A stretch of DNA of 63,835 nucleotides, the filler included, from Folioceros fuciformis (taxonomy: Eukaryota), in assembly GCA_049999805.1 (NCBI GenBank). It is 13 parts of 13 records of this genome, joined end to end, with 100 filler letters (N's around TTAATTAATTAA, not from the genome) between each part and the next. Parts side by side here need not be neighbours in the genome. Positions count along the whole stretch, not along the records: positions 29,023 to 39,410 come from JBNGIO010004742.1; positions 39,511 to 41,057 come from JBNGIO010004743.1; positions 41,158 to 52,673 come from JBNGIO010004744.1; 10 more parts are not named here. The stretch is one strand, 5' to 3'. Each line of letters starts with the position of its first letter. Position 1 is the stretch's first letter. The notes under the pieces were generated by a model. The model did not search any database, was not told the DNA's origin, and saw nothing but the letters and a program-made list of their open reading frames with translations. This document shows positions 39,107 to 51,250 of the stretch, one piece after another. The position numbers and the translations under genes are program-made.

Positions 39107-39510
39107 AGAGATGGACATATGTAGGCGACGGGCTTAGGCCAGATGTGTGTGTGTATAGATGTTTCGAGGCACAAAACCTTTAGTTGTTGTAAACTTCTTT
39201 GTAAAGTTTCAAACTCCACAAGTCTCTTGGATTTTTTTTGGCTCTTTTTTCCACTTTATAATTCGAATCAAATTCACAAAAATTTCACAAAATAGCTTCT
39301 ATTGATGGGGAGCGATGGTCAACCAAGGGAAAAGCGATATTCTCGTTTTCCTAAGAAAGATGGTTTATCTCGTAGGTCTAATAAGCCTAACCTTGATAAT
39401 GTGTTTTAGTNNNNNNNNNNNNNNNNNNNNNNNNNNNNNNNNNNNNNNNNNNNNTTAATTAATTAANNNNNNNNNNNNNNNNNNNNNNNNNNNNNNNNNN
39501 NNNNNNNNNN

Positions 39511-41057
39511 GTATTAAGTATAGTAGTACTTAGGTTAAGTTTTATAGATAGAGTAGGCTTAATAAATAAAAGTTAAGATAACTAAGTAGTTTTAAGTATA
39601 GTACCTAAGTTAAATAACTAAGTTAATTATAATATTCTAGTAATATTAAATTATAAGATCTATATATCTATATTTCTTACCTTTCTTACTTAGAGAAGTC
39701 TAAGAGTTCTTTATATATCTTATATAGAGAACTAATACTAAGTCTTTTCTTATATATAAGAGTCTAAGAAAGTTATATAACTATTTCTATATTACTTATA
39801 TATAGAGTTAACTAGCTATTATTCTTTTATAAATAACTTACTATACTACTTTACTCTAGATTTATAATACTATTCTCTTTTCTTCTTAAGCTTATTTCTA
39901 AGCTTCTTTATTTACTTTTTCTATAGTATAAATTATATTAATAATATCTATACTTAGATCTAAAGAATATCTCTACCTTACTCTTAAAATCTATTATAAT
40001 AGTTAACCTACTCTAGTTTCTTATAATTATTATTTTATAAATAACTATTAGTATATTATAATACTTAAAGTTAATAGTAAGTATCTTAAGTATACTAAGT
40101 ATACTTACCTAGGCTACTTATATATAAATATATTATAGGTATTTCTTAATAAGACTTAGAAGAAGTACTAGAAAAAAGTAAAAAAGAATAAGAAATTACT
40201 AGTAGAAATTATTTCTTATTTAATATAAAATAAAAAGATTTTAAAGTAAGCTAAGAATTATACTATAAAGAAAATAATTTATCTAGCTAATAGCCTTTAT
40301 ACTAAGAGTAATAATATTAATATATAGAAATCTATAGATTACTCTACTACTAATATATTAGTAGAGTTTTCTTTTATATTATAGAGTACTCTAGGCTTAT
40401 TAAATACTCTAGCTAATTCTATAAATTCTAGTAATATACTTATCTTTTCTTTATAATATTTCTTTTATAGTTTCTAATAGTAAGTTTTTCTTTACTTCTT
40501 ATTTTTCTAGAATTCTTTTAATTTTTTATAATAGTTTATAAGATTAGACTTAGTATTACGAATATAATTTATAATATAAGTATTAGTCTAGAACTAATAG
40601 ATTCTAAGATATCTAACTATAAACCTATAGAAGATAAAGTTATAGATACGATTAATAATCTATATATAGAGCTAAATAAGATATAGTTAGAGTATAACTA
40701 GCTAAATACGTAACTAATTTATAATTTATACTTTATAATAATTTATAAAGTACGTATTATAAATTATCTAAGAACCTTATATATATATATATAACTATAA
40801 TTACTTAGATAGAACTCTATAGTTAAGATACTTAGTTTCTTAGAAGTACCTCTAAATATACTATTATAATATTATATTCTACGTACTATCTTACTTACTT
40901 ACCTAGTTCTAGCTATTTACTTACCTAACTACTATATACTTATAATATATTCTACTAAGATCTTAGTATATATAGCCTAATTATTAGGGTTAGGGTTAGG
41001 GTTAGGGTTAGGGTTAGGGTTAGGGTTAGGGTTAGGGTTAGGGTTAGGGTTAGGGTT
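39511..41057 (+). other. RIP-mutated AT-rich contig with terminal TTAGGG array; probable ascomycete fungal chromosome end (contaminant or endophyte)
   Basis: No CpA/TpG dinucleotides seen by eye, very frequent TpA, no ORFs, and a perfect (TTAGGG)12 at 40984-41055. Confidence 0.88.
40984..41057 (+). repeat. (TTAGGG)12 telomeric repeat
   Basis: Perfect hexamer array at the contig end. Confidence 0.97.
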
Positions 41058-42358
41058 NNNNNNNNNNNNNNNNNNNNNNNNNNNNNNNNNNNNNNNNNNN
41101 NTTAATTAATTAANNNNNNNNNNNNNNNNNNNNNNNNNNNNNNNNNNNNNNNNNNNNGCTCAGCCACCAAGGGTGAACAGTTGCAGGGGAAGACTTAGCG
41201 GGCGGCCATCTAGCAAGGAAGAGGCGGCGTCCGCAGATCTTTGATGATCAGACATCCTCCGAAGTCTAAGGATAGTCTAAGAGGTGGTAGATCCTTGTGG
41301 TGGTAGGGCCAGCTCATTGGTGGCAGGATGTGCTAGAAGTATAAATAAGTGGCTGGTGACAGCCGATTAGGCTAGTGGTCCTATTAAAATAATATTTGTC
41401 AAGTTAGAGAGAGNNNNNNNNNNNNNNNNNNNNNNNNNNNNNNNNNNNNNNNNNNNNNNNNNNNNNNNNNNNNNNNNNNNNNNNNNNNNNNNNNNNNNNN
41501 NNNNNNNNNNNNNTGTTGCCGGCTGTGCAACGTCTGGTAGGATCGCAAGCCGCGTGTTGCTGGTTGTACAGTGTCTAGTAGGATCACAAGGTGTAATGAC
41601 CAGGGTGAAGGGGCTTGCCCCTAGCTCTTGATTGTAAAGGATGTGTCTTTCTCTCGACCTGTCCACTCTTGTTCCCTGTTTGGACAAGTGTTGTAGGCCG
41701 GCCATGTTTCATGGCGTCTGGTAAGGTTGTTGGGAGGAGATATCCGAGAGGGGAGTGTGTTCCCTTCTTTCTTTTCTTTGGGGTTAGTCTAGTGACTCTT
41801 GCTGGGTAGGAGGAGTCAATAGGGAAGTGTAGAAGGTAGTGGTGTCGTTATTAGTTGCTGGTGTTGATGCTAGAGTGAGAGAGCGAGTGAAGTGAGTGAG
41901 GGAAGTCGCAGATCTGAAAGGTCAGGGTCGTTGTAGTGACTGGAGTGAGTTTGTGGGCACCGAGAGAGGTGCAGCTGACCGCTGGACAGCGAGGCCTGTC
42001 CTACGCCTGATCGGAGCTGGAGGGGAGCCCTTGAATCCATCATCGAGTCAATTGAGTCCGACCCTCCATCCATAGCAGCAAGGAACCCCATCGCTCCTTC
42101 GTGGGAACGAAACCCAATGTCTCAACGACAGTGGGATAAGTGTGGCCACTAAAGGTGGAACCCGTCGACAATTAGGAAGTATTGCTTGCAAAATATCACG
42201 TAAGATTGGGATGAAGTGGTGCCATTTATGTTGCTTAGCTATTGGGTAAGCACTCAAGNNNNNNNNNNNNNNNNNNNNNNNNNNNNNNNNNNNNNNNNNN
42301 NNNNNNNNNNNNNNNNNNNNNNNNNNNNNNNNNNNNNNNNNNNNNNNNNNNNNNNNNN

Positions 42359-42895
42359 ATGTGCAGCAAGCTGCTATGGAAAGACCAATATCATGGCGAG
42401 ATGTGGATGGTTGCATGAGAGAGCTGCAAGGACGGGCAATGTTGTTTCAGAATATAATGCCAATGGCAATGGAAAATTTGGCCATTGCACAACATAGGGA
42501 TAGACTACGCTATGCTCATACAAAAGCAATCACCCGGAAGGTGGGATCCTACTGTGCCACGATAAAGTCGAAGCTCTTGGTCCTCCTCTTGGTCGACAAC
42601 TCCCCTTCCAATCCACCCGCAATCGTGCTCTCCAAAGTCGAAGCTCTTGGTCCTCCTCTTGGTCGACAACTCCCCTTCCAATCCACCCGCAATCGTGCTC
42701 TCCANNNNNNNNNNNNNNNNNNNNNNNNNNNNNNNNNNNNNNNNNNNNNNNNNNNNNNNNNNNNNNNNNNNNNNNNNNNNNNNNNNNNNNNNNNNNNNNN
42801 NNNNATAGTCAGTTGAACATAGTGATAAAGACTGCGCTATGCGAGGACATTGGAAGCCCAAAGTGCGTCGATTCAAACTTGGCGATTAGGTAGTA
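42359..42895 (+). mobile_element. Gypsy integrase C-terminal remnants with an inserted, duplicated dispersed repeat
   Basis: MPMAMENLAIAQHRDRLRYAHTK and WKPKVRRFKLGD. A related copy lies on the minus strand at ~50590-50800. Confidence 0.6.
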
Positions 42896-43469
42896 AGGGC
42901 CAATTGCTTTAGTGTTATTTCCAAGCACACACAATTCATAAGTCAACGAAGGTGGTCCGATTGTTTGGAATAGCCCATTGCAGCACCTATGGGTATACTG
43001 CACGCACCGCAATTGCAGAACAAAATACTTGAACAATACGATAACCAGTGCCTCACTGCGCGTGGCTGTGATACACAACATAAAGCCCCAGTTGGCTATA
43101 TACCACATTGACTAGAAGCAGACAAGCTTATGAGCACATAAGGCTGGAAACAACGGCTGGTTCTGAATCCTTACACAAATCGGGTAGGATTTCCAGGTTA
43201 TGGGGATGGGTGCTTCTCACGGATGTGAGGAGGCAATCAGCACGATTGTCTGAAGTCTTCTGCTGCCCAAGGTGTGGAATGGTTCACACTCTGCCCCAAA
43301 GACCCATCTTCCTCTCAGTGAGTACCGTGCCTGCTTTTTTCTTTGAAGGTTGGTGACCCTGACTGCCCTTCTGTGGCAACCCTAGTAGGCGTGTTGCGTT
43401 CTAGTTCCCCTTCGCCTGGACATCTTTAAGAGGACGTGCAACTCATCATGAATAAACATCCTCATCGAA

Positions 43470-43532
43470 CAGGATAACAGTCGATGCGCACGGTACCCAT
43501 GCCTTCCAACAATGTCCCTCTGTTCAAGCCTT
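43470..43532 (-). pseudogene. Relic of DYW:KP C-terminus
   Basis: RLEQRDIVGRHGYRAHRL vs RLEQRDIVVRDGYRVHRF of the adjacent gene. Confidence 0.7.
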
Positions 43533-43968
43533 CTACCCCCAGCCAGACACCCTTGAACCACCCTCAAAATGCACTGGTATTGCTGGGACCGGTATCAATC
43601 CTTAAGTCCCCGAGCCTTGCAGCTTGGCAGCTCTGCTTCGAAAGCCACAAAACCAGAAGCCAAATGATCTTGCAAATCCGCTCTCACACGCTACATGCTT
43701 GAATCCCGCAAGCACAGCCCCGATTCCACAGGATCTGATCCGACCACCCAGGCCCGCACTGGGGCCCTGACCCCCGATCTCCAAGACCCAGCCCAATCCC
43801 AAGCGAGTCCCCAAGAGGTGCAAAGCCGTAAGTGCCCCCCGCACGGATCTATTCAGATTGAGGTCCAGGCTCAGTGTGAACCATCCATTTCCATGCCTCG
43901 GTTGGCAAAGGAATGAACATGTCCACGTCTCAGCAAGTAATGAGCACTGGCGACACTTCTTCATTTTC

Positions 43969-46458
43969 TCACGGTCGACCCTTACAACTGCAACGACCAC
44001 CTGTGAATCGATGTACACGATACCCATCCCTTACAACAATGTCTCTCTGTTCAAGCCTTGACATAATCTCCGTGGAACTGTGGCAGTCACTGCACATCCG
44101 AAGATTCTTCGTTACCATCAGAGGTGTCCCACTCGAAGTGTTCAATAGACCAAACGCTAAGGCTAGCTTCTCAGCATGCCCACAAAGCACATCTTCCTTT
44201 TCCTTCTCACACACTGGCTTCAACACCAACTTTGTGTGAGGTGCGTGGCCTCCTTCCTGCTTCACACGTGCATTTGTTCTTTCCACCTGAAGCACAATAT
44301 CCTTTCTCATGTCTCCCACCAGAAACCTGTGTACCTGCTTATTCACCTCAATGGTCGCCACTGCAGGTTTCTTGTTAGCTCCTGCTACCCTTCTCAGTGT
44401 CTCAATCCTTTCTACATCCCTCCACCTACCCGCATCAGCACAGGCATTGGCCATGAGAACATACGCAGGCGCATCCTGAGGGTCCAACCTTACAATGCTT
44501 TTGAAACACCACATCGCCCTTGCCAAATCCCCGTGAATTTTGCACGCATGCAACAATGACCTCAAGCCCACAACACTGTTTTGGCCCTCACACGACGACA
44601 GCATCTTCTCTGCCTCATCTAAGTGACCAGCACGTCCAAGAAGATCAATCATGCAGTTGTAATGCTCAATACTAGGTTCAATGCCATGCTGTTCAGACAT
44701 AGAATAGAAGTGTTTGCAACCCTCGTGGACCAGTCCTTCATGACTGCAGGCTCCTAGAAGGGAAGTAAAAGTAGCATCATCAGGCTGAACACCGGCAACT
44801 AACATCTCCTCAAAACAAGCTAGTGCCTTGAGACCTTCATCACACGCACCGTACCCAGATATCAGGGCAGTCCATGTCACCACATTCTTTGTGGGCATGC
44901 TGTCAAAAACCTGGCGTGAATCTTCCAGATCACCAAATTTTGCATACATGTCCACAAGGCAGGTGCCCACCACAACGTCATCCAGCAGTCCTCTTTCAAC
45001 AATCTGTGAGTGCAGCTGCCTGCCCTGTTGTAAGGCGCCCGTGTTTGCGCAGGCCTTCAAAAGGCAACCAAATGTGACACCATCCGCCAGAATGAGGCCC
45101 CCCTGCTCCATTTGTTCATAGAGAAGAAGCGCGTCATGTCCGAGCCCTTTCTGCACATACCCAGCTATCAAGGCATTCCAGGTCACCACATTCTTTGTGT
45201 TCATGCTGTCAAAAACCTGGCGTGCGTCTTCCAGTTCACCATATTTTGCATACCCAGCGATCAGGGCATTCCATGTCACCAAATTCTTTGTGTTCATGCT
45301 GTCAAAAACCTGGCGTGCATCTTTCAGTTTACCACATTTTGTATACCCAGCTATCAGGGCATTCCACGTCACCACGTCCTTTGTGGCCATGTTGTCAAAA
45401 ACCTGGCGTGCGTCTTTCAATTGTCCACATTTTGCATACATGTCCACCAAGCAGTTGCCAACAAACAAGTTGCTAGCATTCCCACTCTGCACCACATGAC
45501 GGTGCACTTTTCTGCCAGAGTCCAAGTCGGCGGCAAGTGCGCAAGCCTGAAGGGCAGCTACGAAGACATGACCATTCATCTTCATTCCTGACCTACACAT
45601 CTCATGATAAAGTTGTATGGCCTCCTTCGGTTTTCCGTGCTTTGTATGTGCAGAGATTATGGAAAACCACATGAAGGCGTTTGGTCTGCCCACCCTGGAG
45701 AACACATCCATGGCTTCCTGCAGCCTACCTTCACTTGCATACATGCGTAAGATATGGTTCCCTAAGAACGCACTCGACTCGTACCCAAGTTTGACAGTGA
45801 GATCATGAACTCGACGCCCCACAACCAAATTCCTCTTAGCTGTACATAGTTTCACCACCGTGTACAACAGAGACTCGGGAATCACCGAGTCTGTTTGCGC
45901 CAGATATTGAAGGGCTCCAACGGCCCCAGAAAGCTCCCCCTGTTGACACAACGTGCTCACGGTACCAGCAGTAACGACACCCATCCCCGATGTTGAACAC
46001 CTCCAAGATTCAGGCTTGTTCGGAGAGATGGATTCAGAAGAGGAAGCAGCATGCTCCATCTGCATATCCAGGGACATGAGCTGCTCATCAACCCAAGCTG
46101 GCTTAAGCATGTTGTTTAACCACAGGACCTCGCCGGACGCCTTGCGCCTGAAGTCGGGGCAACGAGAGCTCTTCTTATCTCGCCTGTTGTCCCACCACAT
46201 CATAGGGTCCAGAAAGAACTGTTGCCACAAGTGCTCCTGTCCCTGGCGACGAGCATCGTCGGAAATCACGTCCCCACCCACACATCTTCTCACAGGTGGA
46301 CGTGCTTGGCTCCTTACGCTGCCGCACCTGGAGGCTATGTCGATGGCCGGGGATGCAATCCGTGGTGTGGTAAGCTGAGCCGAAGTCCCTCCCAAGAGCC
46401 CTGAACACGCTCCGATTTGTTGGGTACACAACGGGTCCGCTTGCCTTAGCGCCGCCAT
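43969..46458 (-). CDS. PLS-class PPR-E-DYW:KP protein (GRP C-terminus) with N-terminal OSB-type PDF motif; candidate organellar U-to-C editing factor
   Basis: Intact intronless ORF (open to 46521; first ATG at 46458). PLS/SS repeats, KKPAVATIEV box, HAEKLA, CSDC and terminal CSCKGRP. N-terminal LWQQFFLDPMMWWDNRRDKKSSRCPDFRRKASGEVLWL. Confidence 0.94.
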   Translation of the reverse strand: MAALRQADPLCTQQIGACSGLLGGTSAQLTTPRIASPAIDIASRCGSVRSQARPPVRRCVGGDVISDDARRQGQEHLWQQFFLDPMMWWDNRRDKKSSRCPDFRRKASGEVLWLNNMLKPAWVDEQLMSLDMQMEHAASSSESISPNKPESWRCSTSGMGVVTAGTVSTLCQQGELSGAVGALQYLAQTDSVIPESLLYTVVKLCTAKRNLVVGRRVHDLTVKLGYESSAFLGNHILRMYASEGRLQEAMDVFSRVGRPNAFMWFSIISAHTKHGKPKEAIQLYHEMCRSGMKMNGHVFVAALQACALAADLDSGRKVHRHVVQSGNASNLFVGNCLVDMYAKCGQLKDARQVFDNMATKDVVTWNALIAGYTKCGKLKDARQVFDSMNTKNLVTWNALIAGYAKYGELEDARQVFDSMNTKNVVTWNALIAGYVQKGLGHDALLLYEQMEQGGLILADGVTFGCLLKACANTGALQQGRQLHSQIVERGLLDDVVVGTCLVDMYAKFGDLEDSRQVFDSMPTKNVVTWTALISGYGACDEGLKALACFEEMLVAGVQPDDATFTSLLGACSHEGLVHEGCKHFYSMSEQHGIEPSIEHYNCMIDLLGRAGHLDEAEKMLSSCEGQNSVVGLRSLLHACKIHGDLARAMWCFKSIVRLDPQDAPAYVLMANACADAGRWRDVERIETLRRVAGANKKPAVATIEVNKQVHRFLVGDMRKDIVLQVERTNARVKQEGGHAPHTKLVLKPVCEKEKEDVLCGHAEKLALAFGLLNTSSGTPLMVTKNLRMCSDCHSSTEIMSRLEQRDIVVRDGYRVHRFTGGRCSCKGRP

Positions 46459-46836
46459 GGTTCGCGGGCCGTCGTCGGAAGATGACTTTAACAAAAGACT
46501 GCGGCAGGATCCCCCAGGCACCGAGCATCGCTATACCACCCTGGAGAACTAACCAGACTGTTCTGCATTGCTTGCAGAGGAAGAGAACACACGGTATGGC
46601 TTGGAAGGATGCAAAGTCAAGATTCTTTCCACGGTGCAGTCAGTCTTCATCTTCCTCCTTCCAGGAAGAAACGACCCATTCCACTCTAACTGTGTCCCTC
46701 GTTCCAGAAGCAAAGACAAGACGGAAGGCGGAGAGCGTTAGCCATTCATGGCCATCCAGAGCACCCTACAGGAGCACACATTGTCCTCCAGCGTAAATGA
46801 ACATTTGGAACACTGGCTACTTCTACGTTATTTTTC

Positions 46837-49136
46837 TCACGGTCGACCTTTACAACTGCAACAATCAGCTGCGAATCGATGCAAACAATAGCCATCCCTT
46901 ACAACGTCTCTGTGTTCGACCCTGGACATGATCTCCGTGGAACTGTGACAGTCACTGCACATGCCTAGGTTCTTGGTTACAACCAGGGGTGTCCCACTCG
47001 GAGTGTTCAACAGACCAAACGCCAGGGCTAGTTTCTCAGCATCCTTGTACAGCACATCTTCTTTCTCCTTCTCAGACAGTGGCTTCAACACCAACTTTGT
47101 GTGAGGCACGTGGCCCCCTTCCTGCTTTAGACGTGCATTCGTGCTCTAGACCTTGAACGCAATATCATCTCTTTTTTCTCCCACCGCAAATGAATGTACC
47201 TGCAAGTTCACCTCAATGGTCGCCACTGCAGGTTTCTTGTTAGCTCCTACTGCCATACTCTGTGTTTCAATCCTACCCACATCGCTCCACCTGCCAGCGT
47301 CTGCAAAGGCGTTGGCCATGAGCACATACGCAGACGCCCTTTGAGGGTCCAGCCTAACGAGGCTCTCGAAACACCACATTGCCCTCTCTACATCCCCATG
47401 ACTTTTGCATGCATACAGCAATGACATCTAGCCCACGACATCAAGTTGGCTCTCGCATGATAAAAGCATCTTCTCGGCCCCATCTAGATGGCCTGCACGC
47501 CCAAGAAGATCGATCATGAAATTGTGATGCTCAACGATAGGTTTGATGCCATGCAAGCAAAGAACTTGCGACCCTGGTCCACCAGTCCCTCATGACTGCA
47601 TGCTCTTAGAATGAAAGAAAATATAGCACTATGGGGCTGAACACTGGCACCTAACATCTCATCAAGGCAAGCTAGTGCCTTACGAGCTTCACCACAAGAG
47701 CCATACCCAGATATCAGGGTGGTCCAGGTCACCACATTCTTCGTGTTCGTGCTATCGAAAGCCTGGCGTGCATCTCCTAATCCACCACACTTTGCACACA
47801 TGTCCACCAGGCTGGTGCCCACGACTACGTTATCCAGCAGTCCTCTTTTAACAATCTGCGAGTGCAGCTGCCTACCCTTTTGTAAGGCACCCGTGCTCGC
47901 ACAGGCTTTGAGAAGGCAAGCAAACATGAAACGGTCAGCCAATATGAGGCACTCTTCCTCCATTTGTCCATAGAGCAGAAGCGCTTCTCCGCCGAGTCCT
48001 TGCTGTATGTACCCTTCAATCAGGATGGTCCATGCCACTACATCCCTTTGTGACCAAGTTGTCAAAGGCCTGCCGTGTATCTTCCAGTTCGCCACATTTT
48101 GCATACATGTCAACCAGGCAGTTTCCAAAAAGAAGTCGGGAGGAATGCCACTCTGTAACATATTACAGTACACTTTCCTGCCAGACTCCAAGTCGGCGGC
48201 AAAAGCACAAGCTTGAAGGGCAGCTGCAAATACATGAGGATCCGCCTTCACACCTGACCTGCACATCTCGTGGTACAGTTGTACTGCCTCGCTCGGTTTG
48301 CCCTGTTTAGCATGGGCAGAGATGATGGAAGACCAAGTGAAAACATCTGGTTGGCCTACCCTCGTGAACACATCCATGCCCTCCTCTAGCCTGCCTCCAC
48401 ATGCGTACATACGCAAGATACGATTCCCCACGTATGCAATCGACTCGTAACCAAGTTTGACAGTAAGATCATGAACTCGCCCAACAACCAAAGTGTTCTG
48501 AGCTGTCCATAGTTTGAGCACAGTGCAAAGCAAAGAGTTTGAGCGTGTCCGGGCCAGAGATTCCAGGGCTCCAACGACATGAGAAAGCCTCCCCCCCTGA
48601 CAAAAAATGCTCACGGTTTCAGGCGTTACGACGCCCATTTCCGATCCTGCACGACTCCCACATTCAGACTTATCTGGTGAGCTGGACTTGGAAGAAGAAG
48701 CACCGTGAGACATGTGCATATCCAAGGAAACGAGCTTCTCATCAACCCAAGCTGGCTTAAACAAACTGTTTAACCACAGAACCTCGCCAGACCCTTTGCG
48801 CCGGAAGTCAGGAGAACGGGAGCCCTGCTTATCTCGTCTGTTGTCCCACCACGTGGTAGGCTCCACAAAGAATTGCCGTCACAAGTGCTCCTGCTCCTGC
48901 TCCTGCTCCTGCTGCTCGAAACGACCGACTTCCTTCGGATATCCGTCCCCAGCCAGCCATTTTCTCGGAAATGGAATCCTTACACTGCTGCTCCTCGAGG
49001 CTTCATTGTTTACAACGTGTTGACTCCCTATGATGAGGTGAGCGGGACCCGGAGTTCCTACAAGCATCCCTGTCGTGTATGCACACAAAACAATTTGTTG
49101 GGTCCACAACGGGTCCGATTGCCATACTGTGGCCAT
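46837..49136 (-). pseudogene. Tandem paralog of PDF-PPR-DYW:KP gene, pseudogenised
   Basis: Same architecture, ending CSCKGRP. Stops at ~48879, 47428 and 47146; frameshifts near 48130, 48055 and 47550; HAE changed to DAE. Confidence 0.9.
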
Positions 49137-49498
49137 CGTTCGGGTAATGCTATCGGAAGATGAATTCGTCATAATCCCCGGGCACACACCACCCTGAAGG
49201 AGTCGGCACACTGTTTTGCAAGGCTTTGCTCTTTGCAAAAAAACGGAAAAAAACAGGAAAATGTAATGGTTTGTGTGAGCGGTCACCCTGAAAAGTGTCT
49301 TGGATGTTGGGCCCAGCACTCTCTAGGATAGAGCCCAACTTAATGTACTAGGACAAAACATGCGTATACTTTATGTAGGAAGGCCAAGAAGCAACCAAGC
49401 ACTGAATCATGGACGAGGAATGATGGACGAGTAAGGAGCGTGTACGGAGATGCTGCCGTAGTATAAATGGTTGGCTAAGCAAGGGGGATAGCGAGAGG

Positions 49499-49677
49499 AC
49501 TCTTTGTCCGGGCATTGGGGTCTTGAGTAGGGGCATAGTGTTGTAGTACAAATGGTTAGCATAGGAAGGGGCATAGTGGGACGACTCTTTGTCTAGGCAC
49601 TAGGTCTTGAGTAGGGGCAATATTGTAGAGACTTTTTGTCTAGACACTAGGTCTTGAGTAGAGGCAATATTGTGGAG
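49499..49677. repeat. ~47-bp imperfect repeat x3
   Basis: ACTCTTTGTC...GGTCTTGAGTAG(G/A)GGCA core at ~49499, 49583 and 49631. Confidence 0.75.
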
Positions 49678-51107
49678 CACAACATTAGAATCCTTCTTAT
49701 GAACTTATAGAGCTGGTATGATAAAGAGGTTATAAGCTCACCACACCTCTTCTCCATGTAGATGAGGAGGTAATTTTGGAGGAAGCCATATTGCGTGACG
49801 TCCTAGTGAGGGACACGTACTACTGCGTTGCTTATCAAACTATCATAAGATGTAAGGGCCTCTGAGGCTTAATGGCTAAATGGGGATACAATGGAAATAC
49901 AAAAGGGGACGATCATTGCAAATCCTCGTGAAATAGACATTCATGACAGAGCGTTCTAGTTGGCAAAGGTTATGTGGCCAAAACTTGAGGTCACAAATTC
50001 GTTTATCGTTTATGCAGTCTGGTGTGTTGTGCTGTGCCGCTGAACATCACACTCATGCATTGTTCATTAGTTAACAATATCACACCACGCCACATTACAC
50101 ACACATTAAACACTGCATGATGGTGCTGCAACTCTATCCCCCCTACTGGTTAGTACTCTGCCAGCACATATATGCTACAGCACTACTACGACATACTAAG
50201 AATTCAAACATACATATTACTCTTGAACACATCAATCATGCATCAACTTGTATCACTTGTTAATGAAGATTAGATTGCAGGCTCATGGCTTTGGCAACTT
50301 TGTATAATCTGGGCAAAACCAATCTTCTTCAAGTACTTCTTCCAAGACTGAATGTAGACAAAACAAGTGATACCCTTGATTGCAACAGTCACACAAGAGC
50401 ATGGCATCTTCTTCATTAGAGTGACCACAAATGCAACATTCCAAGTCCTTGGGTGGTATCCAAGTGCTAGGTTATAGCTCTGGATTCAGATCTGACAATG
50501 ACAAGAAGCTAGGTTCTTCAAATGATCTTGCCACCTTCGTCCATCAGATCCCTCCAACTTCACCACCCCAGTGTCCTTAACAATGACCACTCGCAGTATC
50601 GTGCGCGTAGCACAACTATCAAGTGTATCTGAAGGTTGCTGAGCCAAGTATATGTAATCACCAAGTTTGAATCAACGCACTTTGGGCTTCCAACTTCCTC
50701 CTTTTGTTTGTATATAGCGCAATTTGTCCCTATGTTGTGCAATAGCCAAATTTTCCAACTGGCTGTGCAGAAACATGAATCTTCGGGCAATAGCAGCCCT
50801 TTGCGAAGAGCTGGGTGGAGAGCACGATTGCGGGTGGATTAAAAGGAGAGACGTTGCCCAAGAGAAGGACCAAGAGCTTCGCCTTGGGCGTGGCACAGCA
50901 GGATCCCACCTTCTGATTGGGGAATTCCTACAGAGGTAGAAGGACTCGACGAAGCCGATGCTGGACCACGATCTGGACTTGAAGGGCTAACACTGCTCCC
51001 GGGGCAAGCTAGAACGGTGGCTCCGGGGCGGACGCTGTCAGCATTGTCGGAGCCTGAGAATGAGCCTTTCCAGAGCGTGAAGGGGGCAGGAGTTCGGCGG
51101 CAAGAAG

Positions 51108-51250
51108 ATGAATCACAACAACGTCGTGCTGAATATTCACTTTAAGAAGGACTAGCAAAACTACGTGAGGACGTGGTTCAACCAGCCGGCGCATAAGAAG
51201 AGAAGACGTCTTGCAAGGCATAGGAAGGCTGTGAGGATCTTCCTGCGGCC
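51108..51250 (+). pseudogene. RPL13: 60S ribosomal protein eL13 N-terminal fragment
   Basis: [47 protein letters not shown] matches plant eL13 ([30 protein letters not shown]...KAVKIFPRP), with W changed to a stop. Confidence 0.88.
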
